Shown here in pieces: positions 44,096 to 62,324 of a stretch of 64,000 nt of DNA. This DNA comes from Eledone cirrhosa (lineage: Eukaryota), in contig OZ024740.1 in NCBI GenBank assembly GCA_964016885.1, positions 368,652,001 to 368,716,000 on the forward strand, given 5' to 3'. Position 1 is the stretch's first letter. Every line of letters starts with the position of its first letter. Position numbers and translations under genes: made by a program. The notes under the pieces were generated by a model that was not told where the DNA came from, ran no database searches, and saw nothing but the letters and a program-made list of their open reading frames with translations.

Positions 44096-44149
44096 GAACG
44101 ATGTACTAGTTTCAAACTTGTTAGCTATCGTCAGCACAGTATACCCTTC
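44096..44149 (-). ncRNA. Minimal hammerhead motif
   Basis: GTG-CTGACGA-T-AGC-TAACA-AGTTT-GAAA-CTAG-TA-CAT. Confidence 0.75.
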
Positions 44150-44322
44150 TGCCAGGTAGTTGAACGTTCGAAAGTATATACTTTCCTTATGAAAATTAAC
44201 GGCTGAGCAGCCTAATTTGCATATCGAGTGAGTTCAGTCGGCCAGGCGCACCGAAAACGATAAATGGAATAGAATGAAACGAAATTTCATTTCTCACTCT
44301 TAGTACGTGTGTGCCTGTATGT

Positions 44323-44353
<31 letters not shown>

Positions 44354-44580
44354 CATGCTACTGTACGTCTGTATACATATATGTATGTACGTATACATAC
44401 ATACTTACATTTTAGTAAGTGTCGTACTAAGAGTGAGAAATGAAATTTCGTTTCATTCTATTCCATTTATCGTTTTCGGTGCGCCTGGCCGACTGAACTC
44501 ACTCGATATGCAAATTAGGCTGCTCAGCCGTTAATTTCCACAAGGAAAGTATATACTTTCGAACGTTCAACTATCTGGCA

Positions 44581-44634
44581 GAACGGTATACGGTGCTGAC
44601 GATAGCTAATAAGCTTGAAACCAGTACATCGTTC
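44581..44634 (+). ncRNA. Minimal hammerhead motif
   Basis: GAACG..GTG-CTGACGA-T-AGC-TAATA-AGCTT-GAAA-CCAG-TA-CAT-CGTTC. Confidence 0.75.
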
Positions 44635-44924
44635 CTGTGTCAGTGTTGAACAAAAAGGTGACGTTGTTGCCTTAACACCGTACGGCATAAATCAGGCTGT
44701 CCGTTGTTTACAAACGAACAAAGCGAATATTATAATAAATGTTCGCTAAACTGATAGTACATATATATATGTGTGCCTGTATGTATATATATGTATATAT
44801 ATATATATATATACATGCTACTGTACGTCTGTATACATATATGTATGTACGTATACATACATACTTACATTTAAGTAAGTGCCGTACTAAGAGTGAGAAA
44901 TTAAATTTCGTTTCATTCTATTCC

Positions 44925-44960
<36 letters not shown>

Positions 44961-45202
44961 TTATTATTTTTTTAATATCCAATTGATTTCTTAAACACGT
45001 GGTTAAAATACATAACAGACTTCAATGACAAGCGTGCATATTATTTTATATTTTACGATGATCTCCCCGTTCCCTTTTGGGGACAGTGTGAATTTTCTTT
45101 TTGAAGGACTACTGGCTTTTCAAATTTACCTGTCGTTCTAGCACTTGACCATCACTAAATATTAATATCGATGTAGTTCTTTATATCGATATTGCATGGG
45201 CA

Positions 45203-45327
45203 TCCGCTGATGAGTTATAAGGGCCCGCTTGTATGTATATATATACGGATTATATACAAGTTTCTACATAATCTGACCATTATGTATCCCAACTTGTAGA
45301 AATATTATAACGAAACGATCGTATGGA
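45203..45327 (+). ncRNA. Hammerhead ribozyme motif with canonical core and 84-nt insert in stem II
   Basis: TCCG-CTGATGA-GTTATAA-[84 nt]-TTATAAC-GAAA-CGATCG-TA-TGGA. Confidence 0.75.
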
Positions 45328-45612
45328 AGGAAAGAGAGATTTATTTAATTAGGTCTCATATAAAATAATAAAACAAGCTATCCACGGAATACTGTATAGT
45401 CGGCACCCCAAGCACTAAATTGGGATTATACTTAGGTATATCCTAATGTCTGTTAAGTGAGATGGAGTTGGTCAGAATATCGCTTAAAGCTTTCTCTGTT
45501 AATGTATTAAATACATATATATATATGCATACACACACACACACTCAAGCGTGAACCTAATAGTAGCACTTAGTACTGCTCGCTACGTTATTGTATTTGT
45601 TTCTTATTCTAA

Positions 45613-45670
<58 letters not shown>

Positions 45671-46217
45671 TGCGATAATATTGCTTTTTGCTGAACTCCT
45701 TTTGTAGAGTTTTTTTCGGAATGTTTTTGACTGTTGTTTCTTGTAAACAAACATTCGTCTCATTCTGACGTCACTAGCCATGTCTTTCCTCATGTGCGTT
45801 TTTCATAATCACGTATGATGGTAACTAGCCTGTTTTAAAATTCCCTTTTTGGCATATTAATCTGTGAGAATCCTGGTTATCGAGTTGAGCTCTGCTGAGG
45901 ATTGAATTCCAACCGTGACTATCTCCACTGAAAGTTTTAATGAAATAGTTTTTAAGACTGTACAGAGCATTTGAAGTTTTTCCAAATTGAAGGATGAGTA
46001 TTTTAAACTTTATGTTATCATGAGTTAAGGCTCTATTGATTTTTCCCTGGATTTCACTACATTTTGTGGATGAATTTATATCCTGATTCTCTTTGAGATG
46101 AGTTTGAATTATTTTTCCCACATCTTACGTTAACTATTTTGCCCATTTTGACGCTACAGTCACTTATATATTATGGAGTGCTGTTGGATTTTCGCTGCAG
46201 TGTTTTCTATACCTTTC

Positions 46218-49735
<3,518 letters not shown>

Positions 49736-49822
49736 TAACTTTGAATAACTTTGAAATGTTTTGGCCAGTATTGGCCCAGGCCATGTCTAACTTAATAGCA
49801 CCACCTGGCGAAGTCTTTCAAT

Positions 49823-52800
49823 TCAGGATTTGGGCACCATGGCCCATTCGAGAAGAGAATTACTGTTTGTGGAGACATATCCGGGTGTGGGTGGTTTGTC
49901 CGGGATTACTTGGAGGAATTTGTCCAAAGACTTCTTGAATTTTGTGTGGTCAGTTTCTGTTTTGACGTGTCCTGATGTGATGTTGAAGACAGCAGGGCCG
50001 ATTGAGGTGAAATAATTGTGCCGTATTGTTGTTATGAGTTGCGATTTAGATTTTTGAATGGGACGGATAGCACGGGGCCCAAGCCTTGGGTGTATCTTGA
50101 AGGCGATGCCAACATCATTTGGGCAGTGATGATGGAACATTTTCCACATCATGCAGATAATATAACGCTCACGGCGACGTTGGAGTGAGTAAAGTTTCAG
50201 GTTTTCTAATCGACCCCAGTAGTCAAGGTCTGACATGCCATCTATCTTTTTCGTGATTCCCCTTTGAGGAGCTTCAAGTTTCATGATACTTTGTTTCGTG
50301 TGGGGAGACCACAGTGGACAACAGTATTCAAGGTGTGGTCGGGCGAAAGTAGAGAAGAGAAGGATAATGGTGCGGGAATCTCTCGACTGGAAGGTTCTGA
50401 GGATCCAGGAACACATTCTGCGGGCCATGTCAACTTTGCTGCTTATATGCGTGGTCCAGCTTATGTTGCTGTCCACGGTTACTCCCAAGTCTCTGATGTA
50501 GTTAGATGCTACGAGAGTTTCCCCGGAGGGAAGGGAGTACGGGAGTTTCAGAGCAACCTCTTTTCCAAAGTGGATCAGTTCGAATTTGTCTTCGTTCAGT
50601 AACATGTTGTTCTTTTCTGCCCATTGGGTAACAGCCAGTAGGTCTGACTGAAGGCTTATCCGGTCATCCACGCCATTGATGACCTTTTGGAGCTTGGAAT
50701 CATCAGCGAAAATTTTAATGTTGCTGTGTTTGATGATGTCAGTGATGTCATTAATATAGATGATGAAGAGAAGTGGGCCCAACACAGTGTCTTGTGGGAC
50801 CCCACTACTGACTTTGGCTGGGCTTGATTTGACTCCCTCAACTACAACATGTTGGGTTCTGTTTGACAGGAAGCTCTTGATCCACTGCAGCAGCTTTCCA
50901 GTGACACCAATATTGGACAGCTTTCGCAGTAGAATGTTATGATCAACCCTGTCGAAGGCCTTGCTGAAATCAAGGTAGATAACATCAGTGTTGGAACCCT
51001 CTCCCAAGGCTCTCAAAATGTCATCAAAGTGATGCAGTAGCTGCGTCAGGCAATCCCTTCCATTACGGAATCCATGCTGGTTGGAGTTCAGCATATTGTT
51101 ACTCTCAAGGAAGTGGGTCATTCGCGATCTCACCACTCGCTCAAATACCTTAATGATATGAGAGGTGAGTGAGATTGGACGGTAATTCACGGCAAGGGAT
51201 TTGTTTCCCTTTTTGAAAACTGGGACAACAGACTGGGATAGAAGGTTTTCTGGCACATATCCAGCATCCAGTGAGTTCCGCCACAGATTGGCAAGAGGAG
51301 ATGCAAGTTGGTGTTGACACGCCTTCACGACACAAGCAGGGAACCTATCGGGACCTACTGCTGAATTATGCTTGATTTCCTTTATTGCCGCCAAGACATC
51401 AGGGGCGCCAAACGTTATGTCCGATTAGGTGTAATGGGGAGTAACATCGCCGATACAGCCCAGATCGGCCATATCAGGATTGCTGAAAACAGAGCAGTAT
51501 TTTTTCTGCAGTATCTCACCCATGGTTTTAGCATTGTCTTGAAGAGTGCCATTTTCATCAATTAGAGGGCCAACAGTAGAGCCAGTGATTTTGTGTTTTT
51601 TTGCAAATGAAAAGAACACTTTGGGATTGAGTTTGATCTTCTCAATGGCCCAGGCCTCTTCAGCTCTTCTCTGATTGTTGATGAGGGACATTATGTTGTG
51701 TTGGAGGTTATGTTTTTTAATCTCTAGTGATGAAATGGCAGTCAAGTTGATGTGTTGCTGCTGACAGTATTTCAGCTTGTTGATTTTTTTGTTCGTTCTC
51801 TTTATTTTTCTGATGAGCGTTTTTCTATTTCTAGGGATTCTGCTCTTAGATTTGTTTATAGTTCTTAATGGGGTGTGTTTAGCACATATGTTTGTAACAG
51901 TGTCCACAAATGTCTGCCAGGACTTTTTGATGTTAGTGGGTGTATGAGTGTGCGTGAAGGACCAGTCGACATGTGCAAGATCATGACTGATCGCTTCCCA
52001 GTTTGCATTGTGGAAATCCATAGCGTCAAACGGATGGACAGGACAGATGACATTGGGTTTGTATATTGGACGGTGGAATCTCAGATCACAGAGAACCATG
52101 TCATGATCAGAGAGTAGAGTTTTCTCCACTGCAATATTGTGGATATTGTCAGTGTGATTGCTGAAAATTAAGTCTAGGACGTTTTTGTGGCACCTCGTTG
52201 GTTCGAGCACCAGTTGGGATAGGAAGAAATCATCCATGAAGTCAAGAAGCGATTCCACAGCTTCCCTGTCAGAGGTTGAGGCAGAAGAACCTGGTGGCAG
52301 GCTGTTTGTGGACCAGTCAACTCCGGGGAGGTTGAAGTCCCCCATCATTAAGATGTTGTCAGGGTGACACTCTTGGATGAAACACTTTATGCTGTTGAGG
52401 CATTCCTTGAAGCATGGTACAGGCGTTTGGGGTGGCCTATAGAGCCCAACTACTAATAGGTTGTTGGTTTGACTGAATACAGTGACTGCTTCACAGTATC
52501 CATTAGTGAATATGTTCATAGCCTCTGTTGAGAAAGAATTATGGACATAAATGGCAGTTCCGCCCTTTCTTCTGCCAGCGCGATCAGCACGGATGGCTTT
52601 GAAATTTTTCACTTTCACCTCGGCTTCCAAGTGGAGGTTACTGAGATGGGTTTCAGTGAGGACGAAGAAAGGGATGTGGTTTGGATGGACATCAATCCAG
52701 TCCTCCAGGAATTTGATCTTCCATTTTTGAGTATTGGTGGAAGGGCTGATGCCTTGGGCGTTAAGCAAAAATGTAGAAGCGAGAGTGGATGGTTTTAATT

Positions 52801-52960
52801 GTTTTGGTGTGTTGTTAATTTGTTTGTTTGTTAATGGCAGCAATAGGAGTTTGTGCAGTGGGGTGATAGTGGAGGGTGGTGCTGGGTGATAGCTCGAATG
52901 TTTTTTTCCAGTTCTTTTGCCAGATTCATTATGGCTAAAAAAGAGGAAGAAGTTTCCTGT
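49823..52960 (-). CDS. LINE ORF2: APE endonuclease + reverse transcriptase, single nonsense TAA at 51425-51427
   Basis: LTETHL, GLYRPP, MGDFN, LDLIF, SDH; [27 protein letters not shown]. The 472-aa and 523-aa ORFs are in frame (the 4.4 kb copy has ATA at the stop position). Confidence 0.92.
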
Positions 52961-53958
52961 TTAGAAGACTGTTGGTGACTGTAGTAGTGGTTATTTTTAT
53001 GTAGGTTATGGTTTTTGTTTTTGCTTTTATTTTTAATTTTATTTTCATTTGTCCGACGGGTCCCCGGGAGATGGGTAAAGGGACAATCCCGGTCTAAACA
53101 CAATCTGTCTCGCAGGGAAAAACGGCAGATTTGTGGATTCCTTGTTTGAGTTATTGGTGGTTGTGTTGGTGTTAAATTAGAGTATGTATTATGGTGGTGG
53201 CTGTTTGTGGGGATAGATCGTTTTGTCCTAGGTAAATGGGTGAATTTGCAGCCACTATCCGTACATATTCTATAGCGTAGAGAGTAGCGGCAAATGATGG
53301 GGTTTCGAGTGGGTGGGTATGTGGGTGTGTGTGTTGTGAGAGGTGTAGATGATGGTTTGGGTAGGATTTGACGACCTTTGTGGACTGTGGGAGGGAGAGT
53401 TCTTGTTCTGGTATTAGACATAGCAGTAGACAAAAATGTTGTAGTAGTAGTAGTAGTAGTAGGCAGAGATGGAGATGTTGGCAGTGGTGATGATTGGACT
53501 GCTGGGCCAGAGAAAGGATGTGGCGTTTCATGCTGTGAGACAGAGGCTACTGGGGGGTCAATAGTTTCATTTAGTAGATCGGCCATTGTTGATGAATCAA
53601 GGAGTGGTTCACACTGTTGTTGTCGTTGTTGTTGCTGTTGTTGTTGTAGCTGTTGTTGTTGTTGCTGTTGTAGCTGCTGTTGTTGTTGTTGCTGCTGCTG
53701 GACAGCATTCGAAGAGAAAACACACCGTAGTTTATCCAAATGTTTATTGATTAATTTAAAAGCAATTCCGATATGCTTTAATTTATTTTGAATCTGTTGT
53801 TCAGATCGAGTTTTCAAAAATTGAACTGTACGTTTAGCAATGTCGTTCAGAGATGAAGCATGTATGTCTTCTGTTTGGGAAAGGCAATGCCATGTGTTTA
53901 TTAGAATGTCGATTTCATTATCAGACCAGTTCTGTTTGGATTTTTGCTGGTTAGCCAT
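52831..53958 (-). CDS. LINE ORF1: Myb/SANT-like N-terminus, polyQ, Pro/Thr-rich linker, two CCCH-type repeats
   Basis: ATG-initiated 375-aa ORF; WSDNEIDILINTW; CRYSLRYRICTDSGCKFTHLPRT and CRFSLRDRLCLDRDCPFTHLPGT. Confidence 0.85.
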   Translation of the reverse strand: MANQQKSKQNWSDNEIDILINTWHCLSQTEDIHASSLNDIAKRTVQFLKTRSEQQIQNKLKHIGIAFKLINKHLDKLRCVFSSNAVQQQQQQQQQLQQQQQQQLQQQQQQQRQQQCEPLLDSSTMADLLNETIDPPVASVSQHETPHPFSGPAVQSSPLPTSPSLPTTTTTTTTFLSTAMSNTRTRTLPPTVHKGRQILPKPSSTPLTTHTPTYPPTRNPIICRYSLRYRICTDSGCKFTHLPRTKRSIPTNSHHHNTYSNLTPTQPPITQTRNPQICRFSLRDRLCLDRDCPFTHLPGTRRTNENKIKNKSKNKNHNLHKNNHYYSHQQSSKQETSSSFLAIMNLAKELEKNIRAITQHHPPLSPHCTNSYCCH

Positions 53959-54294
53959 TCTAGTTTTGAGTGTGTGTGTGTTTTAGTTAAGTATTTCAAT
54001 ATATATATATTTTTTTTAAATTTATATTTGATTTATTTTTGTTTTTTGTTTTTCTTGTGTGTGAGTGAGAAGAGTATATATATAAATATGAGTATATATA
54101 TATATATATGTATATTCTGGTTATTTGAAATTAATTAAGTTAATGAAAAGACGAAAGTATATAATAATAATTTGTAGTTAAAGGAAAATGTACTCACAAG
54201 TTCGAAAACACGTGGTTTCAAATATATAATAATATAGATGTATTAACCGGTCAATTTTCAAATATATAATAATATAGATGTATGTAAATGTATT

Positions 54295-57487
<3,193 letters not shown>

Positions 57488-57497
57488 TATATATATA

Positions 57498-57579
<82 letters not shown>

Positions 57580-57587
57580 TATATAAG

Positions 57588-57629
<42 letters not shown>

Positions 57630-57648
57630 AGTATATATATATATATAA

Positions 57649-57710
<62 letters not shown>

Positions 57711-57715
<5 letters not shown>

Positions 57716-58912
57716 TAACATTCGAACAGGAGATAAGGTGTCCGGCATCAGTGATCTTCCAGCTGCCGCTGGTATTTCTTCACATTAAAGATGATATACC
57801 TCTGGCTGGAGCGAGCAATGACTAAAAATAAGTATTGGGACACGTAAAATAGGGTGAAGCGAGCGAGACATGTAAACAAACAGAGATGGTAATGCAACGG
57901 AAAAAGAGGAAGAGGAGAAACAAGTCCGAGATATCTGTGAACTTAATCGATCAAATCATGGACGAGAGACACAGACGCGTCCGAGCCATGTGAGATGTAA
58001 GTGAGAAAAGGAATTGACACAGGTCGGACGGGAGGAAGTGAGAGAGGGGGAGTAGCAGGGAGTGAGTGAAAGTGTGAGGAAGAGGCCAGCTGAGAGAGAG
58101 TTACTAGCAGAGGGGGTGAAATGAAGGTGAGAGATACAGAGAAAGGGGTTAGCAGTAAGAAAGAAACAGACGGAGGGAAAAATATAAATGAAAAATGGCG
58201 TGCTGCGATCTTGTCTGTTTCTTTACATGTCTCGCTCGCTTCACTCTATTCTACGTGTCCCAATAACCTACTTTAGTGGGAAGAAATACGAACGATGGCT
58301 GGAAGATCACTGATGACGGACGCCTAGCCTTCTGTTCGAATTTTGTTCATATGTATCCCATTTTCAAACGCAGCACGCCATTTTTCATTTATATATTTCC
58401 CTCCACTGTGACCCGTCTGTTTCTTTCTTACTGCTATCCCCTTTCTCTGTATCTCTCACCTTCATTTCACCCCCTCTGCCAGTCACTCTCTCTCAGCTGG
58501 CCTCTTCCTCACACTTTCACTCACTCACTCTCTGCTACTCCCCCTCTCTTACCTCCTCCCGTCCGACCCGTGTGAAATCCTTTTCTCGCTTACATTTCAC
58601 ATGGCTCGGTCGCGTCGTCCGTGATTTGATCGAGCTTAAGTTCACAGATATCACGGACTTGTTTCCCATCTTCCTCTCTTTCCGTTGCATTACCATTTCT
58701 GTTTGTTTACATGTCTCGCTCGCTTCACCCTATTCTACCTGTCCCAATAACTTTTTTCTAGTTATTGCTCGCTCCAGCCAGTGGTATATGGTCTTTAATG
58801 TGAAGAAATACGAACGACGGCTGGAAGATCACTGATGCCGGACGCCTTATCTTCTGTTCGAATGTTATTCATATGTATCCCATTTGCAACAACGCAGGAC
58901 GCCATTTTTCAT
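57711..58912. mobile_element. ORF-less fold-back element with a ~490-bp tandem unit
   Basis: 57711-58207 is inverted relative to 58368-58872. 58213-58392 is repeated at 58700-58912. Confidence 0.8.
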
Positions 58913-59905
58913 GTATATATATATATATATGTATGTATGTATGTATGCATGTAAGTATGCATACACATAGATAGATATGCCTATATACAAAGTAGAGAAA
59001 ATCCTCTTAGGAAGGAAATTGTTTGCTGATGGCTGGTATGTTGCATTACCGGCAATGACCTGTGTGTGTGTCCTCCCTATGTTAATTGTTTCCGTTTCTC
59101 GTGGTGCTCTGTGCTGCTGCTGCGTATCTTGTAAATATTTGAGCTCCTTTGTGCGAGTATATATGTTATTGTGTATATATGTATATGTATATATTTACAG
59201 GCGGTCGAATAAAAAACATTCCAGCTTTTCATGAAATTCTCCGTTCACGTCTGTATTGGATTTCTTCCTTTATAGTGAAGTAGTTTGTAGTAGTATGCTT
59301 GAAACATCATATTGATAATCTGCCGTATCTTAACAGGCTTCCGGTTTGTTCTTTGATTTGGTCATATCGAAGTCATGCGACATGGAGACGTGTGCGCATA
59401 TTTCAGTGTGGTTCTAATTATTTACAACTAAAGAAATATTCTGCTTATACATGCGTGGACTTATATGTATGTGTATGAAGTTGAACGTGCTTACATGTGT
59501 ACGTGTTTTACATAAACATTTTTAGAAGTATAGGTACACGCACATACACACATACACTGCGTTTTTCATGTCTGTCTAATTTCAAATGTGAGAGCTTCAT
59601 GTATAGATTAATATAACCATGCACCCATTCACAATTAATTGAAAGACAATTGCACATTTGATATATCCATACACCGAACACGATGGACAATCACACACAT
59701 TCCTGATGCTTTCCTTCCCCCCAATAATTCTTTAACATAACCTCATTCTGAATATTCATTTTTCGTGATGGGGTACAAATGCCAATATGTTCACACTTCC
59801 TCCTCAGTAACCCGTTTCACTCTCATCTGTTTTGCTATATATCTTTATACATATATTCGTCTTTTTAATATATAATACAACGCATTAATTAAACCAATGA
59901 CGCGA

Positions 59906-59969
<64 letters not shown>

Positions 59970-60006
59970 TATATATATAACACACATATATATATAACAC
60001 ACACAT

Positions 60007-60132
<126 letters not shown>

Positions 60133-60244
60133 TAACAAAAGGAATTACAACTTTGTCTTATTTACGCGTTTTATTTACAATCCTTTAAAATGTATAATGG
60201 TATTAGAATGAAATAGTATGGTAGAATATTGAATGTTAAGTGGT

Positions 60245-60289
60245 AATTGAACAAGTACTTTCATTCTTTCGCAATCTTCAGGTTCAATT
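60245..60289 (-). ncRNA. Minimal hammerhead motif, family B
   Basis: AATTGAAC-CTGAAGA-TTGCGAAAGAAT-GAAA-GTAC-TT-GTTCAATT. Confidence 0.72.
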
Positions 60290-60354
60290 GTGTGCTGACA
60301 GTCAAGTCTGCAATTTTCAACTGTTGAAAATTGCAAACTTGAGTGTCACCACAC

Positions 60355-60399
60355 AATTGAACCTGAAGATTGCGAAAGCATGAAAGTACTTGTTCAATT
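60355..60399 (+). ncRNA. Minimal hammerhead motif, family B
   Basis: AATTGAAC-CTGAAGA-T-TGC-GAAA-GCA-T-GAAA-GTAC-TT-GTTCAATT; 8-bp stem I. Confidence 0.82.
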
Positions 60400-60465
60400 A
60401 ACACTTAACATTTAATATTCTACCATACTATTTCATTCTAATACCATTATAAATGTTAAAGTATT

Positions 60466-61991
60466 CAGAGTATAACTGTAACTATTGACTTCTCTTCCAA
60501 ACACCCTAACAATAGACTACCTGTATTAGACACAGAACTCTGGATTAACACTATAGACGAGAGAGCCCAAATTCTCCACTCACACTATGCTAAACCCATG
60601 GCCTCCAAATACCTGATACTCAAAAACTCATCAATGTCCAGTAGTGCTAAGTTTAATATTCTGATCGGAGATTTGGTACGAGTTATGAAGAATGTGTCCC
60701 GCATGTGCGACCCAACAGAAATGGAAAGACACATCCAACACTTCATCAACCGCATGCAGTTCTCTGGCTACAACCAAAGAGACAGAATCAGAGTATACGA
60801 AGGAGCCATGGAGAAGTATAAGACCCTCATAGAACTGGACATGAAAGGAATTTGCCCATTATACAGGAGCAAATCATGGAATAGCTTAGATAGGGCTAGA
60901 CATAAGATAGGGAAAGCCACCTCACGGTACGACCACCAGAGATACCAGAGTGTCATGTTTGTGGACGCTACCCCTGGAGGGAAATTAGCTAACCAGTGTA
61001 GAAAGGCCCTGAGAAAGACCCACTTAAAAATAAAGGTGGTAGAAAAGCCAGGAACCACCATAAAATCCCTGATCAGCAAAACCTACCCTTTTAAGAAAAA
61101 CCACTGTACCAATAGGAAATGTATCATATGTAAGGTGAACCCCCGTTAAACTGTAAAACTAGAAACGTAGTCTATAGGATAAGATGTACAGAGGGTACTT
61201 GCAGAAACATACATAGGTGAGACAGCTCGTAGCATAGATGAAAGGATAGCCAAAACACTGGGTGGAACTAAAAGGACGAATAAGGAGTCAGTACTATACA
61301 AACATGCTAGACAACAACATGACGGTAACATAGACTACATAGAAATTAGAATAATATCTAAACATAGAAATGACCCACCAGATAGGCAAATCAGAGAGGC
61401 CAGTGAAATAGAAATTAGAAGACCAAGGCTAAACAGAAAGAATGAATGGAATAACAACAACACCCAAACAAACAACACTGACCTAAGAGAAGTATAAATA
61501 AGTAAATAAAATAAAATAAATAAATAAATAAATAAATACATACACAAGCCCAATAAAAACAAGCACATAAACACACACTAGTCACCCATCACACAGCAAA
61601 CAAAACACTATACACACATGCAAACGCATGCGCAAAGAAAACAAAATAAAATAAACAAACCAGCAAATAAATAAATAAATATATAGACAGAGTGAATAAA
61701 AATGGCGTAGACATACAATACAACAGGAGGAAAATATGGCACCATTGACGATGTTGCAGATGTGCAACGAAAGATTTATGATAAACTATATATATGTGTT
61801 TGTGTCTATATTGTATCTGTATTATTTTTGACCGCCGGTCAGTCAATGGCAACATTGAGGACCGAGTATATTAGATTACCGATTTAAAAGACACAGAAGC
61901 GAGAAGCGAAAACCAACCAATCAGTGAGTGTGTTCTGTTATTAATTCTGGCAATATTACACAAATATGACCCTCCCCAAGTATAACAATAT
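60466..61991 (+). mobile_element. 5'-truncated family A Penelope-like copy
   Basis: Matches 30233-31798 with a stop at 61147 and small indels; ends at TATAACAATAT|(TA)n. Confidence 0.92.
61743..61780 (+). ncRNA. Hammerhead motif, family A (C3>U)
   Basis: TTGACGA-T-GTTGCA-GATG-TGCAAC-GAAA-GATT-TA-TG. Confidence 0.6.
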
Positions 61992-62035
61992 ATATACACA
62001 CATATACATATATATATATATACATATATACACAC

Positions 62036-62135
<100 letters not shown>

Positions 62136-62145
62136 ATATATACAC

Positions 62146-62234
<89 letters not shown>

Positions 62235-62281
62235 GACAGATATATATATATATGTGTGTGTGTGTGTATGTATATATATAT

Positions 62282-62324
<43 letters not shown>

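Larger units (their letters stand above)
43855..44930. mobile_element. ORF-less hammerhead-bearing fold-back element with a ~465-bp tandem unit (retrozyme-like or solo pLTR)
   Basis: Left arm 43855-44305 is inverted relative to right arm 44307-44930. The right arm repeats its first ~160 bp at 44770-44930. Confidence 0.8.
49736..54130 (-). mobile_element. Near full-length CR1-group LINE (ORF1 + ORF2)
   Basis: Intact ORF1; ORF2 with one in-frame stop. The 3' tail (TTCAAAGTTA)2 is fused to (TA)n. The 5' boundary is approximate. Confidence 0.93.
60135..60462. mobile_element. Fold-back solo pLTR fragment of PLE family B
   Basis: Palindrome centred at 60321-60322; the arms match 41060-41250. Confidence 0.85.

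Noticed and set aside
45825-46121. 98-aa minus-strand ORF as a host exon or PLE N-terminus
   Set aside because: No diagnostic motif or splice evidence.
51425-51427. Readthrough or recoded stop in LINE ORF2
   Set aside because: The stop is TAA rather than TGA, and the sister copy has a sense codon there; it is an ordinary nonsense change.
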